DNA of 64,000 nucleotides from an uncultured Verrucomicrobiales bacterium (GTDB lineage Bacteria; Verrucomicrobiota; Verrucomicrobiia; Verrucomicrobiales; DEV007): positions 11,844 to 75,843 of the forward strand of contig CALKOM010000117.1 of the NCBI GenBank assembly GCA_938091905.1, written 5' to 3'. Shown here piece after piece: positions 1-9,563 of the stretch (positions within the stretch are counted from its first letter, which is position 1; every line of letters starts with the position of its first letter). The position numbers and the translations under genes are program-made. Under the pieces are notes generated by a model, which was given only the letters and a program-made list of their open reading frames with translations, was not told the DNA's origin and did no database searches.

Positions 1-669
1 GTCCAAGAGCATCCTAACAAACATCTTCTCCGCTTCATCATCCCGAGAAAGTCGCTGAGCCGCGAAAGCAATCTTCAATTCATCCTCCGATACAGACACT
101 AATCCAGCATCGATGTCCTCTTGCTCCAAAGTCGGTAATTCGAGCACAGACTCGAGTTCCGAAAGAGAATCCGTTAACGTCTTCCAGGCGGCCTCATCCT
201 TTGCCTGATCACCGGATTGCAGCAGCACCCACACCGCAGTCTCGCCTTCAACTAATTGGTTCGCAATCTGCTTGCGCATGGGAGAATCCACAACACTAGC
301 AACCAGTTCAGGATCCAACGGACCCGCAGCCAATTCAACAGCTAACGGATGGGATTCCGGATAGGAAACATAGAGCCAGGGCAACGTGTCTGTTTCCTGT
401 TCTTTCCAAATATCTAGAACGCTCGCGTTAGCAATCGAACCAACATCCACCGCACTCACCTTGGTATTAGCATCGGCATTCTTAATCAGCTCGACCAAAC
501 CAACGGCATCTTGACCGAGCGTCTGCTTGTAAAAGACCTGAACCCGAAATGGGTCAGCAGCCCAGCGCTCCAATGCATACCGGAACACCGGCACGGAGCA
601 ACCAAAGGCGCTGGAGGCCCATTGAAGTATCAAGACAAGGACAACAAGTCGTGGGAGTGTCAATTGCAT
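1..669 (-). CDS. Conserved PVC-type exported hypothetical protein (3' end outside the window)
   Basis: Not in the ORF track because it runs off the edge. Manual translation from ATG at 669 gives MQLTLPRLVVLVLILQWASSAFG-CSVPVFRYALERWAADPF..., open to position 1. It has a signal peptide and a CxVPVFRYALERW motif I recognise from Planctomycetes/Verrucomicrobia hypothetical proteins. Confidence 0.8.
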   Translation of the reverse strand, partial: MQLTLPRLVVLVLILQWASSAFGCSVPVFRYALERWAADPFRVQVFYKQTLGQDAVGLVELIKNADANTKVSAVDVGSIANASVLDIWKEQETDTLPWLYVSYPESHPLAVELAAGPLDPELVASVVDSPMRKQIANQLVEGETAVWVLLQSGDQAKDEAAWKTLTDSLSELESVLELPTLEQEDIDAGLVSVSEDELKIAFAAQRLSRDDEAEKMFVRMLLD

Positions 670-777
670 CTCAAGGAACGCTACCCCCAACTTCCAGGAA
701 CGGAAAGCGAATTGCCCCACAACGGACCGGATGAAGAAATCGGTTGCTAGACGCTTCCCTCTTCCTAGAATTAAAGG

Positions 778-1167
778 GTGACTGCCAGGCTGCTTCGAAT
801 GACCCTCGCCATTTTCATGGCCTGGTCAGGCTGCTTCTGTCAAATAGCCTGCGGGTTTGACTTGTGCGAACATCAGCACCTTCCAGGGGAGGCTTCTTGC
901 GCAGACCACGAGCATCATCATCAACACCATGACCAGGACACCGAGGGCTCTTCGGGTTGTGAGCACCCCGAGCCCTCAAAACATACCCTTCCTGATCCTC
1001 CACAGTTCGTTGGGACACCGCTGTTTGTCGTTCAGGAAATCGGCAAGGTCGCCTGGCCGCCAGATGACAACCTGACTTCTTCGAGACTGCGTGGCGACGC
1101 GTCAGAATGGATACTCAGCTTCCGACGGCAAGCCTACCAGGCGAGGCTCTGTTGCTTCATCATTTGA
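778..1167 (+). CDS. Small His/Cys-rich protein upstream of the metal efflux operon (possible metal-binding or leader protein)
   Basis: Hydrophobic N-terminus, CFCQIAC, CADHEHHHQHH, C-terminus RLCCFII; directly precedes the czcC-like gene. Confidence 0.65.
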   Translation: MTARLLRMTLAIFMAWSGCFCQIACGFDLCEHQHLPGEASCADHEHHHQHHDQDTEGSSGCEHPEPSKHTLPDPPQFVGTPLFVVQEIGKVAWPPDDNLTSSRLRGDASEWILSFRRQAYQARLCCFII

Positions 1168-1168
1168 T

Positions 1169-1201
1169 AGGATGGTCCATCCTGAACGCAATTGCGTTCA
1201 G
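1169..1201. promoter_or_regulatory. Two overlapping inverted repeats between the His-rich ORF and the czcC-like gene
   Basis: aggatgg-t-ccatcct (1169-1183) and a perfect 20-bp palindrome ctgaacgcaattgcgttcag (1182-1201). Function is inferred only. Confidence 0.5.
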
Positions 1202-1266
1202 CTAATTCGTTAGACCTTCTTAGGCGCTTTTGTGCCAACAAACAAACCTACTTTTGATCATGAACT

Positions 1267-2517
1267 ATGTCTTTCTCTATCCACCCATGGTGCAGTGTGT
1301 TCACACTGGCACTCCTTCTCCCAAGCGCAATAGCCGCTGATGAGCCTATACGCTCAGGGCTCAAACTCAGCCTCGGCAACGCAGGATCTGTCGTCCGCGC
1401 ACTAAATCCTACACTGGCAGCCGCACGCTATCAAATCGGCGAGGCCCGCGGACGCCTTCGCCAAGCAGGCCTCCTAAGCAACCCCGAAGCGGAAACCAGT
1501 TTCCAACACGATCCTCAATTCCGCGAGCATAGCGCCGAATTCGGCCTCACTCAGGACATTCCAGTGACTGCGCGGCTGCGTTACGAGAAGGAGGTATCAC
1601 TAGCCGAACTGCAAGCAACCGAGGCTGAGGTCGCAGACCTCGAACGCCGTCTCATTGGTCAGGTCCGCGAAGGATTGATCGAGTTGCTCGCCTTGCGCGC
1701 TCAGAAAGCCAACAGCGCACGTCAGGCAAAGGTATTGCAGGAATTACTCACGTTCATTGCATCACAAGTCACCAAAGCCGAAGCGTCTACTCTTGATCTG
1801 AATCAACTAAAAGTTGAGCGTAGCCAACTGGGTTTGGCCATGCGGCGGCTGGAAGTTGAGCACACGCTGGCTCTTAGCGCACTGAAACCACTACTAGGCG
1901 TGCCTCCTAACAAGCACGTCGTCGTCATCGATTCGCTTCCAAATCCCGATATCAAATACTCGCCAGCAGGCGATGAACAATCGCGGCCAGATATCCAGGC
2001 GGCAGCCCACCTAGCTGAGGCTGCTGAACGAGAAATTCAATTAGAACGCGCCAAGCGTTACGATGATCTCTCGGTAGGCCTCTTCCTTGAACGCGCCCTG
2101 GAAGAGGATGCGCCCAAAGGATTGGAACGCGAAACAGCGATCGGCGTCCGCGTTTCTTTCCCGATCCCCTTCTGGAATAAGAACAAAGGGGCCATCGAAG
2201 AAAAGAACGCAAAGCACCTGCGTCTTGCCAAGGAGAAACAGGCTTTAGAATCCAACGCTGCCCACGAGTCCGCAAAAGCACGCCTCACCATGCAGGCCCA
2301 ACAAGATCTTCTAACGGAGATCGACAACACGCTAGCACCTCAAGCTACAGCGCAGATCAACGACTTGGAGCAGGCCTATAAAAAAGGTCTCTCCAATCTC
2401 CAATCCGTCCTCCGAGCGCGGCGCCAATTTATCAAACTGGGCGCCGCCCGTATCGATGCCCTACGCGACTACCACCTTGCCCGCGTTCAACTCGAAACCT
2501 CTCTCGCCCTACCATGA
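1267..2517 (+). CDS. TolC/CzcC-family outer membrane efflux protein
   Basis: Signal peptide, NP(T)LAAAR..., RPDIQAA, 'SFPIPFWNKNKGAI' and 'AYKKG' OEP motifs; first gene of an OMF-MFP-RND operon. Confidence 0.9.
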   Translation: MSFSIHPWCSVFTLALLLPSAIAADEPIRSGLKLSLGNAGSVVRALNPTLAAARYQIGEARGRLRQAGLLSNPEAETSFQHDPQFREHSAEFGLTQDIPVTARLRYEKEVSLAELQATEAEVADLERRLIGQVREGLIELLALRAQKANSARQAKVLQELLTFIASQVTKAEASTLDLNQLKVERSQLGLAMRRLEVEHTLALSALKPLLGVPPNKHVVVIDSLPNPDIKYSPAGDEQSRPDIQAAAHLAEAAEREIQLERAKRYDDLSVGLFLERALEEDAPKGLERETAIGVRVSFPIPFWNKNKGAIEEKNAKHLRLAKEKQALESNAAHESAKARLTMQAQQDLLTEIDNTLAPQATAQINDLEQAYKKGLSNLQSVLRARRQFIKLGAARIDALRDYHLARVQLETSLALP

Positions 2518-3644
2518 ATCAGTATCTCTTACCGGGCCTCACTTGTCTCGCGTTTCTATCACTCACCCTGAATGCTCCCGCTACCGAGGAATCCACAGCA
2601 AACCGAACAGCAAACACCGTGGTCCTCGACGCCGTTTCCGTAAAAAACCTCGGCATCAAAACAGTGGAAGTCTCTCCCACAACATTCGAGAACACGCTCT
2701 TCGCCTTAGGTCGCTTGGCCCCCATTCACTCCAACGAAGGTGTAGTCAGCAGTCGGATACCTGGCAGAGTCACCGAATTGCTCGCACACGAAGGTGATGT
2801 CGTCGCTACAGGGCAACGTATCGGTCGTCTGGAGAGTCGCCAGCCTGGAAACCCTCCACCGAGTATCGACCTCACGGCGCCGCTGGAAGGTCTCGTCATG
2901 GAGTGCCACGTCAGACTTGGCGAACCCGTCGAACCAGACACGGACATTCTCGAGATCATTGACGTGCGCTCCATGCACGCCGTGGCCCGCATTCCCGAAG
3001 ATCAGGCGAGTCAAATAAAGCTAGGCATGAAAGCGCGTATCCAGATTGCCGCCCTACCTAACAAAGCATTTGAAGGGGAGATGGTTCGCTTTGGCACCAG
3101 TGCCGATGCGATCGGAGGCACGGTAGATGCCCTCTTTTTACTCGAAGACCAATCCGGCAGCCTGCGACCGAGTATGCGCGCCGAGTTCTCGATCATCCTG
3201 TCAACCCGTAGCAATGTCATGGCCCTACCCAAAGAGGCCCTTCAGGGTGACAGCGCCAATCCCTTCGTCTTTGTAAAGGACTTCGACCTAGCCAATGCCT
3301 TCGTGAAAGCCCCAATTACAATTGGCGCACGGAACAATCGGTTTGTCGAAGTCGCCCGTGGTCTCTTTCCTACCGATGAGGTCGTCACCAAAGGTAGCTA
3401 TGCCCTCGCCTTCGCTGGGGCGGATAGCATCTCTCTTAAGGAGGCACTCGATGCTGCTCACGGCCATGAACACAATGAGGACGGCTCAGAAATAATCGCT
3501 GAACAGAAAGCAGCCCGCAAGTCTGCTGCAGGTGGCGGCCATGGAGGAGGCAGTTATTCCATGCTGACACTCTTCCTAGCACTGCTATCCGGCATCCTCT
3601 TCGTCCTCTTGATCGTCAGTCAGTTTTTCCGACGTCATGCTTAA
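2514..3644 (+). CDS. RND efflux periplasmic adaptor (CzcB/CusB-like) with C-terminal His patch and hydrophobic helix
   Basis: Lipoyl-like half motifs (VSSRIPGRV...EGDVVATGQ; LTAPLEGLV), LRPSMRAE, GLFPTDEVVTKGS; 4-bp overlap with the OMF gene. Confidence 0.9.
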   Translation: MNQYLLPGLTCLAFLSLTLNAPATEESTANRTANTVVLDAVSVKNLGIKTVEVSPTTFENTLFALGRLAPIHSNEGVVSSRIPGRVTELLAHEGDVVATGQRIGRLESRQPGNPPPSIDLTAPLEGLVMECHVRLGEPVEPDTDILEIIDVRSMHAVARIPEDQASQIKLGMKARIQIAALPNKAFEGEMVRFGTSADAIGGTVDALFLLEDQSGSLRPSMRAEFSIILSTRSNVMALPKEALQGDSANPFVFVKDFDLANAFVKAPITIGARNNRFVEVARGLFPTDEVVTKGSYALAFAGADSISLKEALDAAHGHEHNEDGSEIIAEQKAARKSAAGGGHGGGSYSMLTLFLALLSGILFVLLIVSQFFRRHA

Positions 3645-6600
3645 TCGACTCATCAGATTCTCGCTGGCGCATCGGGGGCTCATACTCGTTGCCGCCTTAC
3701 TCGTGCTGGTCTTCGGCTTTCAAACCGCACGCAGCTTGCCCGTAGAGGTCCTTCCGGATCTGACCAAACCGACCGTCACAATCCTCACCGAAGCACCTGG
3801 GCTAGCCCCAGAAGAAGTCGAAGCACTCGTCACTGTTCCCATGGAAACGGCTCTTATGGGAGTGTCTGGCCTCACACGGTTGCGGTCCACCTCGGACGTC
3901 GCACTCTCATTGATTTATGTCGAGTTCGACTGGGGAACGGACATCTATCACGCTCGCCAGTTGGTGTGGGAACGCCTGCAATCGGTGAATGACACTCTTC
4001 CGGATGGCGTCGTTCCTTTCATGACTCCAGTGGCTTCACTCATGGGCGAAATCATGCTCGTAGGTGTGAGCAGTAAAGACGGTTCAGTGAGTCCGCGTGA
4101 TCTTCGCACGCTGTCAGACTGGAATGTGAGCCTTCGTCTTAAGAGTATTCTCGGTATCGCAGAAGTCCTCGCGATGGGAGGCGGCGTAAGGCAGGTGCAG
4201 GTGCAGCCTGACCCGGAAAAGATGTTGGCGCTGAATGTCACGTTCGATGAACTGCGTGAAGCCACGGCTGCTGCAGCCTCAAACACCACAGGCGGAACCT
4301 TAACATCAGCCCCCCAAGAGATCATGGTCCGGCACTTGGCCATGACCACCGATCTCAACGATATCGGCTCAACCATCGTCAAGCATGTCAATGACCGTCC
4401 GATCAAGATCGCTGACGTGGCGACTGTCGTCTGGGACCTGGAACCCATGCGTGGCGATGCCGCTGTCAATGGCACGCCGGGCGTGATCCTCAGTGTCACC
4501 AAGAGTCCTGGCTTCGATTCCTTAGAACTCACAGCCAAAGTCGAAGATGCTCTCGCAGAACTACAAAAAACACTTCCCGAAGGCGTTGAGATCACCGCCC
4601 TGTTCCGCCAGGCAGACTTCATCGAACATGCTATTGGCAACCTCGGTGAAGCCATTCGTGACGGCGCGATCATGGTCATCCTCGTGCTCTTTCTCTTCTT
4701 GTTCAACTTCAGGACTACCTTCATCACGCTCATGGCCATGCCGTTGTCCTTTGCCATCACCGTCTTGGTCTTCCGAATGATGGATATCAGTGTGAACTCC
4801 ATGACGCTCGGAGGACTCGCCGTAGCTATTGGCATGGTCGTGGACGATGCCATTGTCGATGTCGAGAACGTCTTTCGACGCCTTCGAGAGAATGCCCGTT
4901 TGCCCGAACCTAAGCCTAAATTGGACGTCATCGCACGCGCCTCAGGCGAAGTTCGAAACTCCATCCTCTACGCAACGCTATTCATCCTGCTCGTGTTTGT
5001 ACCCTTGCTAGGACTCACGGGGGTTGCGGGCCGCCTATTCACTCCAATTGCCATCGCAACGATGGTGAGCATGTCTGCCTCCTTTGTCGTCTCGCTTACA
5101 GTCATTCCAGTGCTTTGCTCGCTGCTGCTGCGTCCCAAGCAGGGCAAGGAACACCAGGATAGCAGGCTCGTTCGCGTTCTGAAATCGATCTTTAAACACA
5201 CCTGGTTGCGGCTCGCACTGCGCGCCCCTTTCGTGGTCATGGCACTGGCTGCCATGCTCGTTGCGGGAGCCCTGTCACTATATCCCACAATGGGGCAGGC
5301 CTTTCTTCCATCATTCCGCGAGGAAACAGCTCTGGTCGCACTTACGGCAGCTCCCGGCACCTCGCTCACCCAAACGAACGCCATCTCGGACATCGCTGAT
5401 CGCCTACTCCTTTCGATTCCTGAGGTGCGCCAAGTTGGTCGTCGGGTCGGTCGCGCCGAACGCGGTGATCATATTGTACCCGTGTCGACTGTGGAGTTCG
5501 ATATCGACTTTATCACCGACGAGAACTCGCGCTCACGGGCCGAAGTACTAGAAGATATTCGACTGAAGGTCCGAACCATTCCCGGCACCTTCAGTGTGGT
5601 CAGCGGGCCACTCGCAGATCGGATTGGACACATGCTAAGCGGTGTCTCTGCGAAGATCGCGATTAAAGTATTCGGCCCCAGTCTGGACGAGATCCGGCGC
5701 GTAGGCACCGACATTCAAACGGTGGCCCACAGCATTCCCGGGCTGGAAACAGCGCGTATCGAACAGCAAGCCCCCATTCCTCAACTCCGAATCGAAGTTG
5801 ATCGCGAACGCGCTCTTGCCTACGGCGTCACTCCGGGCGCTTTGAATTCACAACTCTCGGCACTTATGGCTGGTGACACGGTGGGCCAGCTCTACGAAGG
5901 CCAGCGCACCGTCGAACTTGTTGTGCGTTTGCCAGAGTCATGGCGTGAACAGCCAGACCGTCTCCGCGATCTCTACATCGACACCCTCTCAGGACAACGA
6001 ATCCCTCTGCACCTCATCGCGAAGATTCGAAACGCGAAAGGGCCTAACGTCATTCAACGTGAAAACACCCAACGTCGGTTTGTCGTCAGCATCAACCCTA
6101 CGGTGCGAGATCTCGCCGGTCTTGTCAGACGCCTTCAGGCCAAGGTCTCGGAGAAGGTGGCTCAACCAAAGAACGTCTTTATCAGTTACGAAGGCGAGTT
6201 TCAGGCTCAGCAAGAAGCCACGAAACGGATCGCTTGGATGAGCATCGCCGTCTTCGTCATCATCGCGCTCCTCCTCTTCAATTACTTCAAGACCGCCGTC
6301 TTCGCGGTGCAGATCCTGGCAGACATTCCCTTGGCCCTGGTCGGCGGGATCGTCTTCACCTGGCTCACCTTGAAAAATATCAGTATCGCCACACTCGTCG
6401 GCTTCATTGCTGTGGCTGGCATCTCCGCTCGCAATAGTGTCATGCTCCTTTCCCACTACCTTCATCTCATGCGCCATGAAGGCGAAGGCTTTACTCGAGA
6501 AATGATCGAACGGGGCACCTTAGAACGCCTCGCTCCCGTCTTTATGACCGCTCTTTCTGCTGGGATCGCCTTGATTCCTCTCGTTCTAGCCGCTGAACAG

Positions 6601-6759
6601 CCTGGTAAAGAAATCCTTCATCCCGTGGCTGTCGTCATTGTCGGAGGTCTTGTTACCTCAACCTTTCTTGGGCTCGGAGTGACCCCCGCTGTCTTCTACA
6701 CATTCGGACGCAAAGCAGCCCAACGGTCGATCGATCAGAAAGCCGCCGCCAGCGACTAG
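3637..6759 (+). CDS. CzcA/CusA-family heavy-metal RND efflux permease
   Basis: 1040 aa; LPVEVLPDL, APGLAPEEVE, TM4 GMVVDDAIVDVEN, ERLAPVFMT, PVAVVIVGGL. Confidence 0.95.
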   Translation: MLNRLIRFSLAHRGLILVAALLVLVFGFQTARSLPVEVLPDLTKPTVTILTEAPGLAPEEVEALVTVPMETALMGVSGLTRLRSTSDVALSLIYVEFDWGTDIYHARQLVWERLQSVNDTLPDGVVPFMTPVASLMGEIMLVGVSSKDGSVSPRDLRTLSDWNVSLRLKSILGIAEVLAMGGGVRQVQVQPDPEKMLALNVTFDELREATAAAASNTTGGTLTSAPQEIMVRHLAMTTDLNDIGSTIVKHVNDRPIKIADVATVVWDLEPMRGDAAVNGTPGVILSVTKSPGFDSLELTAKVEDALAELQKTLPEGVEITALFRQADFIEHAIGNLGEAIRDGAIMVILVLFLFLFNFRTTFITLMAMPLSFAITVLVFRMMDISVNSMTLGGLAVAIGMVVDDAIVDVENVFRRLRENARLPEPKPKLDVIARASGEVRNSILYATLFILLVFVPLLGLTGVAGRLFTPIAIATMVSMSASFVVSLTVIPVLCSLLLRPKQGKEHQDSRLVRVLKSIFKHTWLRLALRAPFVVMALAAMLVAGALSLYPTMGQAFLPSFREETALVALTAAPGTSLTQTNAISDIADRLLLSIPEVRQVGRRVGRAERGDHIVPVSTVEFDIDFITDENSRSRAEVLEDIRLKVRTIPGTFSVVSGPLADRIGHMLSGVSAKIAIKVFGPSLDEIRRVGTDIQTVAHSIPGLETARIEQQAPIPQLRIEVDRERALAYGVTPGALNSQLSALMAGDTVGQLYEGQRTVELVVRLPESWREQPDRLRDLYIDTLSGQRIPLHLIAKIRNAKGPNVIQRENTQRRFVVSINPTVRDLAGLVRRLQAKVSEKVAQPKNVFISYEGEFQAQQEATKRIAWMSIAVFVIIALLLFNYFKTAVFAVQILADIPLALVGGIVFTWLTLKNISIATLVGFIAVAGISARNSVMLLSHYLHLMRHEGEGFTREMIERGTLERLAPVFMTALSAGIALIPLVLAAEQPGKEILHPVAVVIVGGLVTSTFLGLGVTPAVFYTFGRKAAQRSIDQKAAASD

Positions 6760-6811
6760 CGCCCATGATTTTTTACCTAAACAACCATCAAACCATACAC
6801 CAAACCTAATT

Positions 6812-7390
6812 ATGAGACTCAAGAAAGTCCTTCTCTTCGTCTTAACCTCGGCCACCGTCTTTAGCCTCGTGGCTTGCGAAGGGGACCAACATGGTGACCA
6901 CGATCACGCAGGACATGATCACGACGATCACGCAGGACATGATCACGACGAGCACGCCGAAGACCACGACGGCGATGAAGGTCACGATCATGACGGCGAT
7001 GATCACGGTCACGAACACGACACCATCATCGCCGGGCCTAACGGCGGCCGGGTGATCACTAGCTTTGAGCCCCACGCAGAATTCTTTGTGACGGAGTCTA
7101 GTAAAGTCCAGATCACCTTCGTCGATGATGAAATCAAGGCGATAGCCCCTGGCTCACAAGAAGTAACTGTCATCGCCGGTGATCGCTCGAATCCCACAAT
7201 TCTAACATTCACAAGAGTAGGCGGTGCACTCGTATCAGGTCAAGCGCTACCCGATGGAGATGACTTCCCCGTCGTCGTCATGCTCAAGGCAGACGCCATG
7301 AGCAAAGCTGTCACGGAGAAATTTACCCTCGACCTCACACAGTGTCCAAGCTGTGACTACCTGGAGTACGCCTGCACCTGCGCACACTGA
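6812..7390 (+). CDS. His/Asp-rich putative metal-binding lipoprotein
   Basis: Lipobox LVAC, long HDH repeat tract, GPNGGR motif, C-terminal CPSCDYLEYACTCAH. Confidence 0.8.
   Translation: MRLKKVLLFVLTSATVFSLVACEGDQHGDHDHAGHDHDDHAGHDHDEHAEDHDGDEGHDHDGDDHGHEHDTIIAGPNGGRVITSFEPHAEFFVTESSKVQITFVDDEIKAIAPGSQEVTVIAGDRSNPTILTFTRVGGALVSGQALPDGDDFPVVVMLKADAMSKAVTEKFTLDLTQCPSCDYLEYACTCAH
6901..6948 (+). repeat. Perfect 24-bp tandem duplication within the His-rich tract
   Basis: cgatcacgcaggacatgatcacga x2, encoding DHAGHDHD repeats. Confidence 0.9.
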
Positions 7391-7399
7391 TCACTGATT

Positions 7400-7519
7400 T
7401 GGAGTGCGCCGACCCGGCGCAGCTTGGGAACGAAGCCAAGATAGCAAGCAGCTGGTCTTATGGCCAATCGCGAGTCGATCGGCCGTCGATCCAAAGCGCG
7501 GCCGGGTCAGCGCACTCTA
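7400..7519. repeat. REP-like inverted doublet (GGAGTGCG...CTTTGG type)
   Basis: Left arm tggagtgcgccgacccggcgcagcttggg (7400-7428, internal hairpin tgcgccg-acc-cggcgca). Right arm 7491-7519 reverse-complements to tagagtgcgctgacccggccgcgctttgg. Confidence 0.65.
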
Positions 7520-7528
7520 TGGCTGGCC

Positions 7529-8374
7529 ATGGACAACCATCCCTTCCTCAAATGCCTCGCGAACAGCGACATCGCAGGAGCCTCCGCCTGGATAGAAGAC
7601 CATCCAGACGAAGCCGAGCCGCCTGCTTATAAGGCCCACCCACTGTTACAAGCATTCGTCGCGTCAAACAATGGACGCCTTCACCAGAAAACGCATTTGC
7701 AGATCGCAGAACTGCTCACCCCAGAGCTCGTCTGCGCCTTTCGCGACTCCGTTCTGAATGATCAAGTCGATGAAGTCACGCAATGGCTTTGTCAGGATCC
7801 AAAACTCACGGAATCCGAGATCACAGCAGGACGTGGCATTGGCCTCGCCATGTATCATTGAAAATCCATCGAAATGGCAGAAGTACTCCTGCAAGTCGGC
7901 GCCGGAGTCGACTGTCTCAATAGCCTAGACAAATCGCCGCTGACCATGCAGTTGCGTTTCGGACTGGTCGACGGAGCGCGGTTTCTTCTGGAAAGGGGGG
8001 CCAACCCAAATCATGGGCTATCCGCACACCTCCCATCCGATACCATGGCTGCCCGCATCGAATTGTTACTTGAGCACGGTTGGGACATCAATCGAGGCCA
8101 GCTTCTACACGGCGCCAATCATGGTCATGGGTGTCGCGTCCAGACGTGGTTGAAGTATGGCGCAGATCCGAAAATCGCGGATGCGAACGACCAAACCGCG
8201 TTGCACTTCTTGGCGGCAAGGGGAACATGCCGTGGCGCCATCCACACATTAGTGGAAGGTGAAGCCAATATTGGGGCCACCAATGCCGATGGTGACACGC
8301 CACTCGATCTGGCACTCAAGGCCGGAAAACAAGTAGCCGCCGAAATGCTGAGAAATCTAAGCACGAAATCATAG
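7529..8374 (+). pseudogene. Ankyrin-repeat protein interrupted by an in-frame TGA (7859-7861)
   Basis: ORFs 7460..7861 and 7874..8374 share a frame (...MYH*KSIEMAE...). Ankyrin motifs QTALHFLA and GDTPLDLA. Likely start is ATG 7529, after the repeat doublet. Confidence 0.65.
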
Positions 8375-8503
8375 CTCGACATTTCAATACCGTTTCTACC
8401 GGGCTTTCGGATTCCCCAAGGCGACTTTGGAAGGTCGCCCCACTTACCCACTCAACGGACTTCAGCTCGCATCTTGAGGAAGAGAGGCTAGTCTTTCCCG
8501 ATC

Positions 8504-9433
8504 ATGTGGACCCCCCCGCCCCATTGCCTACGCCTTAGCCTCGTGTTAGCAAGCGTATTGTGTCTGCCTGGTGCGGGCCTTTGCCAGCAAGGAGGCAACA
8601 CCGCGAAAACCCTTCGAAAGAAGTTAGCAGCCTTTGCAACCACACTAGAAGCTATTGCCCTCACCAAGAAGCAGATCAACGCACTTGAATCTGAAAGCTA
8701 CGCCGAACGACGTGCCGCCATGGCATCGCTAGTCGGAGCCACGGGTTTGCATGACGTTCTAACAAATTCCGAAGCACGCCTAACCAAGGAAGGGCGTACT
8801 GCCCTGAAAGTAATCAGCGAAGCCCAAGCAGAAACAGGTGCAGAAGAGAAACTCCGTTTTCTCATGCGCCAAGTTCAGACGGAGAAAGTTGCCGGCCTAG
8901 CCGACGTCGTCCTCGGAGCGTGGGAAGGACGTGAGGCTACCAGCAGTGAGTCCTCACGCTTAAGCCGGGAAGCTCTCAAAGCGACGGTTGAGGCCAAGGA
9001 CCTTCCCAATCTAAAAGAAGCCCTCACCAGCTCCACGCCATTCGTGCGAGAACTGGGCTTGATCGGTATCCAAAAACTCCAGGCGCCCCAAGCCGATGTT
9101 GCCGCCCTGATCGAGCCCTTGCTCAAAGATCCGCAAGAGACAGTGCGCTTAGAAGCCGCCGTGGTCGCGGCTTCTCATCAGAACCGAGTCAGCCTGACCA
9201 CCCTCGCAGGGTTGCTGAAAAGCGAAGTCTTCCATCTCCGAAACCAAAGTCACGAGATCCTCGCTTCCATCACCGAACAAGACTTCGGCTACTATTCGGA
9301 CGGCAATCTCAAAGACCGCCAAACCGCCAGCAACCTCTGGATTCGCTGGGTCGCCAAGTTCGGCGGGAAGGCCCCAATGAAGTTTGAGGAGATCCAACAC
9401 TGGCTTCAAGACGGGGACGATTTGTTTGAGTAG
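8504..9433 (+). CDS. Exported HEAT-repeat-containing protein
   Basis: Signal peptide; LLKDPQETVRLEAA and ALTSSTPFVRELG HEAT-like repeats; 'LASITEQDFGY' tail. Confidence 0.75.
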   Translation: MWTPPPHCLRLSLVLASVLCLPGAGLCQQGGNTAKTLRKKLAAFATTLEAIALTKKQINALESESYAERRAAMASLVGATGLHDVLTNSEARLTKEGRTALKVISEAQAETGAEEKLRFLMRQVQTEKVAGLADVVLGAWEGREATSSESSRLSREALKATVEAKDLPNLKEALTSSTPFVRELGLIGIQKLQAPQADVAALIEPLLKDPQETVRLEAAVVAASHQNRVSLTTLAGLLKSEVFHLRNQSHEILASITEQDFGYYSDGNLKDRQTASNLWIRWVAKFGGKAPMKFEEIQHWLQDGDDLFE

Positions 9434-9451
9434 GTTGTTTCTCCAATTCGC

Positions 9452-9519
9452 GTAGAGGAACTCGCCAGGGTTCCCGGCGAGCAGCGTCGACTTCCAAAAA
9501 CTCTGGCGAGTTCTGTTAC
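9452..9519. repeat. GTAG-type REP-like inverted doublet
   Basis: gtagaggaactcgccagggtt (9452-9472) versus the reverse complement of 9499-9519, gtaacagaactcgccagagtt (17/21 identical). Confidence 0.65.
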
Positions 9520-9563
9520 GTGGCCCCAAGGCAGAAACTACGATGCATGCCAACGCCTACCTA

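Noticed and set aside
3948..4964. Long antisense ORFs (e.g. 338 aa inside the RND gene, 47610..48332 inside bamD)
   Set aside because: Shadow frames of well-supported genes with no independent motifs.
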